A DNA stretch of 64,000 nt from an uncultured Smithella sp. GTDB lineage: Bacteria > Desulfobacterota > Syntrophia > Syntrophales > Smithellaceae. Each line of letters opens with the position of its first letter. Within the stretch, counting starts at the first letter, position 1. Shown here one piece after another: positions 44,713 to 53,917 of this stretch. The notes below the pieces were generated by a model. The model saw only the letters and a list, made by a program, of their open reading frames with translations, had not been told where the DNA came from and did not search any database. The position numbers and the translations under genes were made by a program. The stretch spans positions 34,230-98,229 of the forward strand of contig CAYXZW010000002.1 in the NCBI GenBank assembly GCA_964469905.1, given 5' to 3'.

Positions 44713-45795
44713 TTAAAAGTAATTTGTAATCCGGCTTCTGAGAATATTGATCACGACAGATGACGGACTGGGCATCTCACTAAAATCATAATCCGCATGC
44801 CATTTCATTCGTACGGCCGTTTCCACCGATTCAGCAATATCAACTGCTTCAAGCCCGGCAACAATATGTCCTCCCGCCTCTACCGTTTCAGGGCGTTCGG
44901 TGCTCTTCCTCAGACTGACACAAGGCACTTTGTAAAAAAGACCTTCTTCAGGCGTTGTGCCTGAATCGCCCAGAAGACAGAAGGCGTTCATGCTCAGGTT
45001 GTTAAAATCAAAAAAACCGAGAGGTTCGATAATTCTTATTCCTTTCGGAATCGAGAAACCGGCGGCTTTGTTCTTTGTCCGGGGATGCATTGGGTATATT
45101 ATTTCTTTTTTAAATTTTTTATAAACCAGACCGAGCCCCTTCAAAATCTGAGCAAAAGACTCCGGATCATCCACGTTTTCTTTTCTGTGGGCCGTTACCG
45201 TCATGTATTCTTTGGAAGATAATTTCAGTTTTTTTAGAATATTGCTGGCTTTAATTTCTTGTTGAAATACCCGCATGACCTCAAACGTGGGATTACCGGT
45301 GACGAATATTTTAGACGGATGGATATTTTCCCTGATCAGATTCTCTCGATGATATTGCTGGAATGGAAGCAGATAGTCAGAAATATGATCGATCAGAATC
45401 CGGTTTCGCTGTTCCGGCATTCTTTTGTCCCATGCCCTCAATCCCGCTTCCATATGGAAAATTTTGATGCCCCGATTGGAAGCAGGCAATACGGCCAGTC
45501 CGCTGTGTGTATCACCCAATACGATCAACGCATCGGGTTTTACCTTTTCAAACAATTCATCGCTTTTCCTTATAATATCGGCAATCTCATTTCCATATGA
45601 ACTCAGGTCGATTTTCAGATCATAATCAGGCTGCCTCAATTCCAGATCGCGAAAAAAGAAATCTTTAAGCTCTTTTGTGTAATTCTGACTGGTATGGACC
45701 ATAATGTGCTCGAAATTAAGTTCATCCAGCTTCTTCAGAACAGACCACATTTTAATCATCTCGGGCCGGGTGCCCATGATTGTCATAACTTTCAT
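44713..45795 (-). CDS. UDP-N-acetylglucosamine 2-epimerase family protein, copy 2
   Basis: 360 aa; IMGTRPEMIKM, IVLGDTHSGL, HMEAGLRAWD, LGDSGTTPEEG. Confidence 0.8.
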   Translation of the reverse strand: MKVMTIMGTRPEMIKMWSVLKKLDELNFEHIMVHTSQNYTKELKDFFFRDLELRQPDYDLKIDLSSYGNEIADIIRKSDELFEKVKPDALIVLGDTHSGLAVLPASNRGIKIFHMEAGLRAWDKRMPEQRNRILIDHISDYLLPFQQYHRENLIRENIHPSKIFVTGNPTFEVMRVFQQEIKASNILKKLKLSSKEYMTVTAHRKENVDDPESFAQILKGLGLVYKKFKKEIIYPMHPRTKNKAAGFSIPKGIRIIEPLGFFDFNNLSMNAFCLLGDSGTTPEEGLFYKVPCVSLRKSTERPETVEAGGHIVAGLEAVDIAESVETAVRMKWHADYDFSEMPSPSSVVINILRSRITNYF

Positions 45796-46670
45796 TATTC
45801 AACTCCTTGCGGGTATTTTTCAAAATAATTTTTCATTTTGGACACTGCTTCGGAGAAATCCGCCTCTCGCTCAGGATAAAACATACTGAATCTAGAATGC
45901 ATGATTCTCTGTAGATCGGCGTCTGTCCGGATGGCCTCTATCCGGATATTCTTTTCATAAGTATCTTTAAATACCTTCAGCATTTCGTATTTGCTTAAAG
46001 GTAAATTTGGCGAAAAATGAATGACTCCTGTCCTTTGGAGAATATCATCAAAAAGATCAACAGACAAAATATGATAGATGAATTCAGACAGCTGTAATGT
46101 GGTTACACCATTCCAGATGTGATTGGTGTATCCCTGAACCATGCCGCCGTCCTTTTGGGACAGAAACCATCCCAGAAGATTTCTGGCCCGGCCGTCTTCC
46201 GGACCGACAATGGAACACCTGATATTGAGAACATTGGGAGCCTTGACTTCTCCAAGTATTTTGGATAACGCATAATCCCCCGATCCATCGCAGTTATGGT
46301 CTTCATAATAGGGATTAGTGCCTCCCTGGAACACGGCATCCGTTGAGACATGGATGATCTTGATGGAATGATCAATACAAAACCTCTGGAGATATGCAGG
46401 GAATATGGCATTGACATAAAAACCCAGACGGAATTCATCAAAGGATTTTCGATCCAACCTAGTTGCCCCAATACAATTTACAATATAATCTACGCCCATC
46501 CCGAAGGAATCTAAAGAACCGACACCAAGATACCCTTCATCAATAGGGAGATAATAAGGAAGCTTGTTATTATCCCTCTGCGTGCCTGATACTTCCATGC
46601 CTTTACTTTGCAGAAAACTGAAAAGCATAGAACCTAGCATTCCTTTTTTACCCAGGACAAGGACACGCAT
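45795..46670 (-). CDS. RmlD-like NAD(P)-dependent sugar nucleotide reductase (dTDP-4-dehydrorhamnose reductase family)
   Basis: 291 aa; VLVLGKKGMLGSML, HVSTDAVFQG, YALSKILGE; 1-nt overlap with the downstream 2-epimerase. Confidence 0.65.
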   Translation of the reverse strand: MRVLVLGKKGMLGSMLFSFLQSKGMEVSGTQRDNNKLPYYLPIDEGYLGVGSLDSFGMGVDYIVNCIGATRLDRKSFDEFRLGFYVNAIFPAYLQRFCIDHSIKIIHVSTDAVFQGGTNPYYEDHNCDGSGDYALSKILGEVKAPNVLNIRCSIVGPEDGRARNLLGWFLSQKDGGMVQGYTNHIWNGVTTLQLSEFIYHILSVDLFDDILQRTGVIHFSPNLPLSKYEMLKVFKDTYEKNIRIEAIRTDADLQRIMHSRFSMFYPEREADFSEAVSKMKNYFEKYPQGVE

Positions 46671-46672
46671 AA

Positions 46673-47953
46673 TCAGTCTGAAAATTCCTCCGTCATGTAT
46701 CCTTCTTTCTGGGAAATGATTTTTACCTGGGGGAGCGGAATAATAAACTTGCCGCCATTATTATAATAATCCTTCGTTTTTCCGAGAATCTCTGCAATAA
46801 AACTCCAAGCAAAGACAAGGATGTAATCGGGCACTTTATGGGACAACAAATCCCGAGAAACAATTGGAAAATGGGAACCGGGTGTATAGAAACCGTGTTT
46901 CGCGGGAGCATCGTCGATGATACAATCCAGATGGCTGTTATCGATATTGCAGTATTGAATAATTGTATTAGCCCTTCCGGAGGCACCGTATCCCCATATC
47001 GTTTTTCGATCCTTCTTCAGTTGAGCCAACAGCCTAAGCAAGGTTATTTTTGTTTCTTCAACTTTATGTGCATAATCCAGGTAGGTTTCAACCCGGTTAT
47101 ATTTTTTATTCAATTCATCCTGTCTTAAATCAAGGACAGCCTCAGAAACTGCCTCCTTCTTCAAGGTACCCCGCTTCCGGACATAATAACGCATGGATCC
47201 GGCATGGATCGGGATTTTTTTAACATCAAATACTTCCATGTCAAACTGCTTGAAAAAATTATCGAGAGCAAGCAGCGAATAGTAATAAAGGTGTTCGTGA
47301 TAGATCATGTCATATTGCAATGCTTCGATGATGTTGCCAAGATAGTGCACTTCGAAAACGAATACACCATCAGCGGCCAACAATTTGTGGATCCCCCTTG
47401 TCACATCGTGCATATTTTCTATGTGGGCAAAGACGTTATTGGCAACGATTAAATCAGCGTGCCCATGTTCACTTACTATTTTATGAGCCGTTTTTTCTGA
47501 AAAGAAGTCATTAATGACAATAATATGCGGATTGTTGATAGCCCTGATAATGTTACTTGCGGGATCGATGCCAATCACCTTTTTGATTCCCTGATCATAA
47601 AGGGGATTAAGAAGGACTCCGTCATTACAGCCAAACTCGACAACCATTGATTTTTTCGGATCTAAAAAACGGGTAGTGACTTCGCCCGCATATTCCTTGA
47701 AGTGTTCTCTTAGCGTGGCAATTGCCGAGGAGTAATAGAAGTAATTTCGGAAAAGAACATCAGGTGAAACACTGTTGACAATCTGTAGAAGATAACAATT
47801 ATTACAGAAGCAAATCTGCAAAGGATACTTTGTTTCCTCAGCAAATTGTTCCGGTTTCAGGAATGCACCGGCAAGGGCTACTTCTCCAAAGTCAATAATG
47901 AGAGTTAAATCATCGCTGTTGCAGAATCTGCAAAACCATTCCTTTTTATTCAC
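46673..47953 (-). CDS. NDP-hexose C-methyltransferase family protein (TylCIII-like: zinc-binding N-domain + class I MTase + C-methyltransferase C-domain)
   Basis: 426 aa; CRFCNS...CNNC zinc motif, YPLQICFCNNCYLLQ, VEFGCNDG, YDMIYHEHLYYYS, WGYGASGRANT, DDAPAKHGFYTPGSHFPI. Confidence 0.75.
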   Translation of the reverse strand: MNKKEWFCRFCNSDDLTLIIDFGEVALAGAFLKPEQFAEETKYPLQICFCNNCYLLQIVNSVSPDVLFRNYFYYSSAIATLREHFKEYAGEVTTRFLDPKKSMVVEFGCNDGVLLNPLYDQGIKKVIGIDPASNIIRAINNPHIIVINDFFSEKTAHKIVSEHGHADLIVANNVFAHIENMHDVTRGIHKLLAADGVFVFEVHYLGNIIEALQYDMIYHEHLYYYSLLALDNFFKQFDMEVFDVKKIPIHAGSMRYYVRKRGTLKKEAVSEAVLDLRQDELNKKYNRVETYLDYAHKVEETKITLLRLLAQLKKDRKTIWGYGASGRANTIIQYCNIDNSHLDCIIDDAPAKHGFYTPGSHFPIVSRDLLSHKVPDYILVFAWSFIAEILGKTKDYYNNGGKFIIPLPQVKIISQKEGYMTEEFSD

Positions 47954-47962
47954 CAGTTTTCC

Positions 47963-48673
47963 TCACTTTGTCTTTAGGAGATATTTTAAATAAGTCCAAT
48001 ACACCCTGGGTGAATACTGGAATTTTGATTTTGATCCATTGTCCGCCCGGATACTCAGAATGTAAGGCACTTCAGCATAACTTTTTGCAAATTTAGAAGC
48101 TTCGCAGATTTCCTCAATCAAGTAAGCAAATCCTGTTTCGGAACAATGAATGCGGGATAGAATATCAGTTTTAACCGCTCTGAAGCCGTTCGTATAATCC
48201 GTCAAGGGCAATCGCAGAAATAATCTTGCAAGTATATTCCCCATCCATGAAACAACCCATCTCTTAAATGGCACCCCTTCCACACCACCACTAGCGGCAT
48301 AACGGGTGGCTTTGATGTAATCTACGTTATTTTTCATGTGATCAATAAACGGATGAATATAATCTACATTCTGGGTTAGGTCGGCATCCATAAACAGCGC
48401 ATACTCAAACCCGTTTTGGAAAGCCTTTTTACTTCCGGTGCTATTCGCCGCCCCGTATCCTTTGTTGATTTCATGCGTTTCAACAATTAAACGGTGCAGT
48501 TTAACAGACAGCTCATCTAGTAACCTACCTGTCTCGTCCGTACTGCCATCATTGACGACAATAATGGATGCAGTGACATTCAGTCTATTCAAAAATTCAT
48601 CGATTGTTTTCAGACACCGCTCAGCATTGTCCGCCTCATTGTACATGGGGATAATAATACAAAAGTTACGCAT
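47963..48673 (-). CDS. GT2 glycosyltransferase, soluble DPM1/Ppm1-like (polyprenyl-phosphate sugar synthase type)
   Basis: 236 aa; IIIPMYNE, IVVNDGSTDET, FMDADLTQ (DxD), no TM segment. Confidence 0.7.
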   Translation of the reverse strand: MRNFCIIIPMYNEADNAERCLKTIDEFLNRLNVTASIIVVNDGSTDETGRLLDELSVKLHRLIVETHEINKGYGAANSTGSKKAFQNGFEYALFMDADLTQNVDYIHPFIDHMKNNVDYIKATRYAASGGVEGVPFKRWVVSWMGNILARLFLRLPLTDYTNGFRAVKTDILSRIHCSETGFAYLIEEICEASKFAKSYAEVPYILSIRADNGSKSKFQYSPRVYWTYLKYLLKTK

Positions 48674-48678
48674 GTCCG

Positions 48679-49917
48679 TTAATTTCCATTTATCAGAGCA
48701 TTGATTTTATTCTGGACCTCGGCACCGGCACAGACGTCCCCGTACAAAGTCAGAATTTTCAGCATTTCCTTATCGAAGGTATAATTCATGGAAAGATTCC
48801 TGTTCATGGATTCCGTTTTTGTCCTTAATGCATTGTCACTGAGCATATTGCCTATGACACGCAGTATGTCATCGGATTCTGCTGATCTGTATAACCCCGG
48901 ATTATCGGTACCGAGTATTTCGGTAAATCCCGGGAAATCAGGGCATACGACAACCTTACCGTATGTGAGATACTCGAATAATTTTGTCGGCGTAGCAACA
49001 CGCGTCAGGATGGTATCAAGATAGGGAATAATACAGAGTCTGGCCTTTTTTAAGTAGCCGGGAATTGCTTCCGGGGACACATATCCCAGAAGCTTTATAT
49101 ACGCTGAAGCATTTGAAGACTCAACGGCACGAGTTAATTTCTCCATGAGAGGGCCGTCACCTATAACAAAAAGCTTTGTACCGTATTTTTCCCATATCTG
49201 CCGATAGGAATATATGAGTAACTCCAATCCAAGAAATTCAGACGATAAGGTTCCGACATATAGAATGTAATTGTCCACCTCAAGGGAAGGGTTCACGGTG
49301 CTCTCGTCCGGCAGATCAGCAATGTTGTAATAAGTTATGAACGGTTTCGAGGAAATATTTTTCCTTGTGGCGATAATTTTCTTTCGTAGCACATCATTTA
49401 CTGTAGTGAAACCTGCCGCATGGCCTATGACGATTTTCTCCATAATCTTTGCAGACATCAGCAAAATTTCTTTCTTGGGTGATTTCAGACCGATTATTGA
49501 AAGAATGCTTTCCGGCCCCGGATCATTCATTTGAAAAACAAACGGGATACCGGCAAAACGATTGATCAGGGAGACCACCATGGGAATGATGTCCGTTGGA
49601 TTATGCACGTGAATAATATCAGGCTTCTCTTTCATGATGGCTGCGGCAATAAATGGCCCTGAAAATGTGAGCGTCCTAAAATGGCCGAGATAATTCCGGC
49701 TTGTTCTGGCGGGAAGCCAATCCATAATTTTAATATGGCCAGAATTCAGGTTAGACAAGCTCTCTTTATCCCGTATCTTCGGCGAAAGAATGGAAACGCT
49801 GAATCCGATCCTGTCCAAGGCCAGCGCCTGACGAAAACAGGTAAAACTTGCAGCTTTTAATGGCAGCACGGGTACAGGCAATACAAATAATATTTTTATC
49901 TTTTTTTGAGTTATCAT
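48679..49917 (-). CDS. GT4 glycosyltransferase
   Basis: 412 aa; GT-B layout, C-terminal donor-domain region VATPTKLFEYLTYGKVVVCPD. Confidence 0.7.
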   Translation of the reverse strand: MITQKKIKILFVLPVPVLPLKAASFTCFRQALALDRIGFSVSILSPKIRDKESLSNLNSGHIKIMDWLPARTSRNYLGHFRTLTFSGPFIAAAIMKEKPDIIHVHNPTDIIPMVVSLINRFAGIPFVFQMNDPGPESILSIIGLKSPKKEILLMSAKIMEKIVIGHAAGFTTVNDVLRKKIIATRKNISSKPFITYYNIADLPDESTVNPSLEVDNYILYVGTLSSEFLGLELLIYSYRQIWEKYGTKLFVIGDGPLMEKLTRAVESSNASAYIKLLGYVSPEAIPGYLKKARLCIIPYLDTILTRVATPTKLFEYLTYGKVVVCPDFPGFTEILGTDNPGLYRSAESDDILRVIGNMLSDNALRTKTESMNRNLSMNYTFDKEMLKILTLYGDVCAGAEVQNKINALINGN

Positions 49918-49963
49918 GGACTCGTTTCCCGTTCCGATGGTTATCGCGACTGGATGAAAGAAT

Positions 49964-51871
49964 TTAATTTTTCAGCAGACCTTTAAAACGGTGGTCTTGA
50001 TCATGGAATTCCCGCTGCCATAATTCCAGGGAAAGCAGTCCCCATATCTTTCGTCCGAATTGTTGTTCTCCGTCGATTCCATCCAGAACGGCCCGGTTGT
50101 TGATCAGATCCCTGCTCAGGGCCTTTTGCGATGAAAAGATATCACGGATAAAATCACGGGACTCTCCCTTCATCCACTCCGTCAAGGGAACGGGAAACCC
50201 CATTTTGTCCTGTCTTTCCGTGATTACGGGCGGCAACAGTGATTGCATGGCCGTTTTCAAAACATGCTTCATCCTGCCGTTACTAAATTTAATATTCGCA
50301 GGAATCGTGGCGACAAGTTCCACAAGCGGGTGATCGAGAAAGGGAACCCTCGATTCCAAACCGTGAGCCATGCTAACGCGGTCCTCCACGTGGAGGAGAG
50401 CGGGCAGAAGGGTTTTGAAATCGAAATGCGTCATACTGTCGAAATAGGATTCCTTCTTTACATTGTCCGAATGGAAAATACTCGTAAACGTCTCGTATGG
50501 AGAATAGTCATTTAGATATTCCTGATGAATTTCTTTGCCATACATCGTTCCTCGGTTAATCAGACGGAAATACCGTCTGTCCATGTCTTCGAATAAACCT
50601 TCTCTCCAGAATTCCCGAAGCAGCGGCTTGTAATTTCTGAGAGCCGTCAGATTGGGAATGATCGATTCATACGTAACGATGTAGGACGCGCTGTGCATGG
50701 TTCCCTCAATCGCCCCTTTTATGCACTGCTCAAAATAAGCAATCAGGTAACGCACATAGCCACCGAAGATTTCGTCTCCACCTTGTCCTCCGAGGACTAC
50801 CTTGCGATACTTGCCGGCAAGCTTTGAAACCATGTACTGGGGGAATGAGCCGGGACCGGCTACAGGGTAATCGAGATGGTAGATGACCTTCGAGATATTC
50901 TCGATGAAATCCGTTGCCGAAATATCCAGTTCGTGCAGATGAAAACCGCACTTCTGAGCAATTTCCCGAGCGTAGCGGCTTTCGTCATACTCCTCGCTGA
51001 GCGAAAATTTCCCGGTGAATCCCATGTAGTCATCCGGCAAATCTGCAGAGGCAAGGGCGGCTATAATACTTGAATCCAGTCCACCGCTGATGTAGGCGCC
51101 TACGGGGACATCGCTCCTCATATGCAGGCGCACAGATTCGGCAAGCAGGGATCGGATGTCCTCTTCGAAGTCAGCAGCCGTTTTATCAAGATTCAGATTA
51201 TAATAGACCTGCCAGTACCGCTGGATGCGAATATGACCATTCCTGATTTCCAGGAAATGGCCAGGCGGGATTTCCCGGATGCCCCTGAACAGGGTCTTTC
51301 CATCCAGGCAAAATTGAAATGTAAGATAATCTTTGAAGGCTTCAATATCTGTGTCTATTCCTTCAACAAAAGGAAGTAGAGCTTTGACTTCCGATGAAAA
51401 GTAGAACGTATTGCCGACAATTGTGTAGTAGAAAGGCTTGATACCGAAACGATCGCGGGCACAGAAGAGCGTCCCGCCTGCTTCATCCCAGAGAGCAAAC
51501 GCGAACATGCCCCGGAAATGATCCAGGCAATTTACGCCCCACTTCCGGTAGGCGTGAAGAAGAACCTCAGTATCCGAGCGGGTCTTAAACGTTTCTATTC
51601 CGAGTTCATCGCGCAGTTCGATAAAATTATAAATTTCTCCGTTATAAGTAACCCAGTTGCGAGCCCCATCGCTCATCGGCTGTGCGCCTGTGTCTAGATC
51701 GATGATGCTCAACCGCCGGTGGGCGAAGCCGACGTGCCCGCGGGGATGAACCCAAATGCCCTCACCGTCCGGCCCACGATGTTTCTGCAACTCATTCATG
51801 ACGGCCAAGCGCCTGTTTAAATCGACGATTTTTTCGAGCGAAAGATTGAACGCGCCTGCGATTCCACACAT
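49964..51871 (-). CDS. Asparagine synthase (glutamine-hydrolysing)-family amidotransferase, copy 2
   Basis: 635 aa; MCGIAG nucleophile, HRGPDGEG, PP-loop YISGGLDSS. Confidence 0.85.
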   Translation of the reverse strand: MCGIAGAFNLSLEKIVDLNRRLAVMNELQKHRGPDGEGIWVHPRGHVGFAHRRLSIIDLDTGAQPMSDGARNWVTYNGEIYNFIELRDELGIETFKTRSDTEVLLHAYRKWGVNCLDHFRGMFAFALWDEAGGTLFCARDRFGIKPFYYTIVGNTFYFSSEVKALLPFVEGIDTDIEAFKDYLTFQFCLDGKTLFRGIREIPPGHFLEIRNGHIRIQRYWQVYYNLNLDKTAADFEEDIRSLLAESVRLHMRSDVPVGAYISGGLDSSIIAALASADLPDDYMGFTGKFSLSEEYDESRYAREIAQKCGFHLHELDISATDFIENISKVIYHLDYPVAGPGSFPQYMVSKLAGKYRKVVLGGQGGDEIFGGYVRYLIAYFEQCIKGAIEGTMHSASYIVTYESIIPNLTALRNYKPLLREFWREGLFEDMDRRYFRLINRGTMYGKEIHQEYLNDYSPYETFTSIFHSDNVKKESYFDSMTHFDFKTLLPALLHVEDRVSMAHGLESRVPFLDHPLVELVATIPANIKFSNGRMKHVLKTAMQSLLPPVITERQDKMGFPVPLTEWMKGESRDFIRDIFSSQKALSRDLINNRAVLDGIDGEQQFGRKIWGLLSLELWQREFHDQDHRFKGLLKN

Positions 51872-51906
51872 AATTCGATTTCCTTATGCTCAAGCCTGAA
51901 GTAGCA

Positions 51907-52737
51907 TTATTTCCTGAGATGGATGACGCCCCATCTTCCAAATCGTGAAAAAAATGGATATCTATCCAGCAAAAAACGGTCTAAAGCATTGATCCATGCG
52001 ATCAGACGATAATTGCGCCTCACGGGATAGCCCCCGATCAGTCTGTCCAGCCTCGAAAACAGCTGAAACGGCTTATATTCGACGACACTGAAATATGGTC
52101 TGAAATCATTAAGGTCATTCGGATATAATTGTCTTTCATCCTCAGTAATCACCAGATCCTTCCCTTTGTTGGGCACCATCCACCTGACCATAGATGAATG
52201 CCTGATCCTTCTCAAAAGTGGGCTGAATGCTATCGGTTCAATGAATACCGCCTCACCTTTTTCTTTCATGACCCTCGATATTTCGGCGGCGGCAATTTTA
52301 ATGTTCACGTGATGGAGAATCCCAACGCCGAAAACAAGGTTAAAACATCCGGACTCATAGTTCATTTTTTCGGCCGTCATTAGCTCAACCTTGACCTGTC
52401 CGCCAACCCCGTTGAGTTCGGCTCGTAAAATTGCTACTTTTATACTCTCCGGTGAAATGTCGAAAGCACGGACGGATGCCCCTTTTTTCGCTAGGATAAC
52501 ACAACTCTTGCCGCTTCCACATCCCATATCCAGGACACTTTTCCCATGCAGATCGCCGAGAATGCTATAGGCATAACGGTAATGATCCGGATAATTTCGC
52601 AGTGCTGAATCAACATCCACGTATAGCTTTTTCCCCTGCTCATTCTTCGTCTGAGAGAGAATTTCCAGTGCCATTTCGTCAAAGAAAGCGGCTTCCCTTT
52701 GATGAATAGCAGCCAATGCGTCTTTATTTTCTGTCAT
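51907..52737 (-). CDS. Class I SAM-dependent methyltransferase
   Basis: Motif I VLDMGCGSGKS, FGVGILHHV, MKEKGEAVFIEP; the internal ATG at 52737 (MTENKD) is preferred over the listed start at 52800, which lies inside the upstream GT4. Confidence 0.75.
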   Translation of the reverse strand: MTENKDALAAIHQREAAFFDEMALEILSQTKNEQGKKLYVDVDSALRNYPDHYRYAYSILGDLHGKSVLDMGCGSGKSCVILAKKGASVRAFDISPESIKVAILRAELNGVGGQVKVELMTAEKMNYESGCFNLVFGVGILHHVNIKIAAAEISRVMKEKGEAVFIEPIAFSPLLRRIRHSSMVRWMVPNKGKDLVITEDERQLYPNDLNDFRPYFSVVEYKPFQLFSRLDRLIGGYPVRRNYRLIAWINALDRFLLDRYPFFSRFGRWGVIHLRK

Positions 52738-53917
52738 CGCCCTCCGTCCTGCCCCTTTCCAGTAGTTCGTCATAAATATTTGAGAGCTTTTTCGCTTCAA
52801 CCGGCCAGTTAAAGTTCTCCCGCACCTTGGCTGTGTTTTGCTTCATTATTGCGAATTCTGTTTCCGACTCAAAAATCCCATCGATTGCTCCCGCAATGGA
52901 AACGGGATCATCAGGATCAAAAAGCTTGCCGATGCCGTATTCTTTTACAAAAAATTCCAGTTCGGGGAAGTGGCAGGCAACTATGGGCAGACCAACGGCA
53001 ACGTATTCAAAAAGCTTGTTCGGCGCACAATAATAATTATTCAGGCAAGTATTACGGTAAGTGATCAGACCTACATCGGCGGATGCCGTATAATCGAGAA
53101 GATCACCATAAGGAACATAATCGTGGAAAAATACTTTTTTCTCCAGACCTCGCCCGTGTACCTGACGCACCAACTCTTCCTTCAGAGGCCCTTGCCCGAG
53201 CAGAACCAGAATGATATGGTCCTGAAAATATTCAGCGGCTCCAACAATATTTTCAATTCCCCGACCGGGAGAAAGGCCGCCCTGATAGAGCACGATTTTT
53301 TGCTTTCCGGTTGTTTCGGCATCCGCGAATTCGATCAGTTTACGCGGTGTACGTAAATGCATGTTTTCTTCCCGGGGAGGACAGTTCATGATAACATCAG
53401 GAATGGAAATACCCGGGTACATTTGCGCCATGATCAGGGCACGCGAGCGATTCGCAGCCAGCACCCTGTCCGTTTTCCGAATCAAGAAACCCTCTAGCCG
53501 TTTTGCAAATTTTTGCGTAAGGCCTGATAGATTTCCCTGTTCAGTCCATAGTTCGTGCGAATCATAGATAATTTTTGCGCGATTCCATTTCCCTGCAATC
53601 AATGCGGGCAGAAGGGTCGGGAGATCGTGTGCATGATACACGTCGCATTTCTTCCCGATGCCCCGCACAGATGCCCTTATCAGGAATTCCATATACTTCA
53701 GTGCTTTGAATAACAGGGAAGAAGGAAGGAAACTGGATTTTAATTCAATCCTCTCTATTTGGATATCGCCCTTTTGTTCTTTCTCACAAGAATGGTCGCC
53801 TAACACATCAATGATATGAACTCTGTGATATTCCGAAAGACTCTCGGCTTCGCGCAGAACACGGGAATCGAAAATAACATTGGTGTATTCCAAACGAAAC
53901 ATGCATATAATCGCCAC
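52724..53917 (-). CDS. GT4 glycosyltransferase
   Basis: 397 aa; GT-B; donor-domain region APNKLFEYVAVGLPIVACHFPE; GTG start overlapping the upstream stop by 1 nt. Confidence 0.7.
   Translation of the reverse strand: MAIICMFRLEYTNVIFDSRVLREAESLSEYHRVHIIDVLGDHSCEKEQKGDIQIERIELKSSFLPSSLLFKALKYMEFLIRASVRGIGKKCDVYHAHDLPTLLPALIAGKWNRAKIIYDSHELWTEQGNLSGLTQKFAKRLEGFLIRKTDRVLAANRSRALIMAQMYPGISIPDVIMNCPPREENMHLRTPRKLIEFADAETTGKQKIVLYQGGLSPGRGIENIVGAAEYFQDHIILVLLGQGPLKEELVRQVHGRGLEKKVFFHDYVPYGDLLDYTASADVGLITYRNTCLNNYYCAPNKLFEYVAVGLPIVACHFPELEFFVKEYGIGKLFDPDDPVSIAGAIDGIFESETEFAIMKQNTAKVRENFNWPVEAKKLSNIYDELLERGRTEGDDRK

Noticed and set aside
52838-53356. Long antisense ORFs: 172 aa here, and also 8018-8503 (-), 19711-20190 (+), 58429-58893 (+), 11316-11735 (-) and 56541-56966 (+)
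   Set aside because: Each lies entirely inside a longer opposite-strand gene that has clear family motifs. Their translations are low-complexity with no recognisable motifs. They are typical shadow ORFs.
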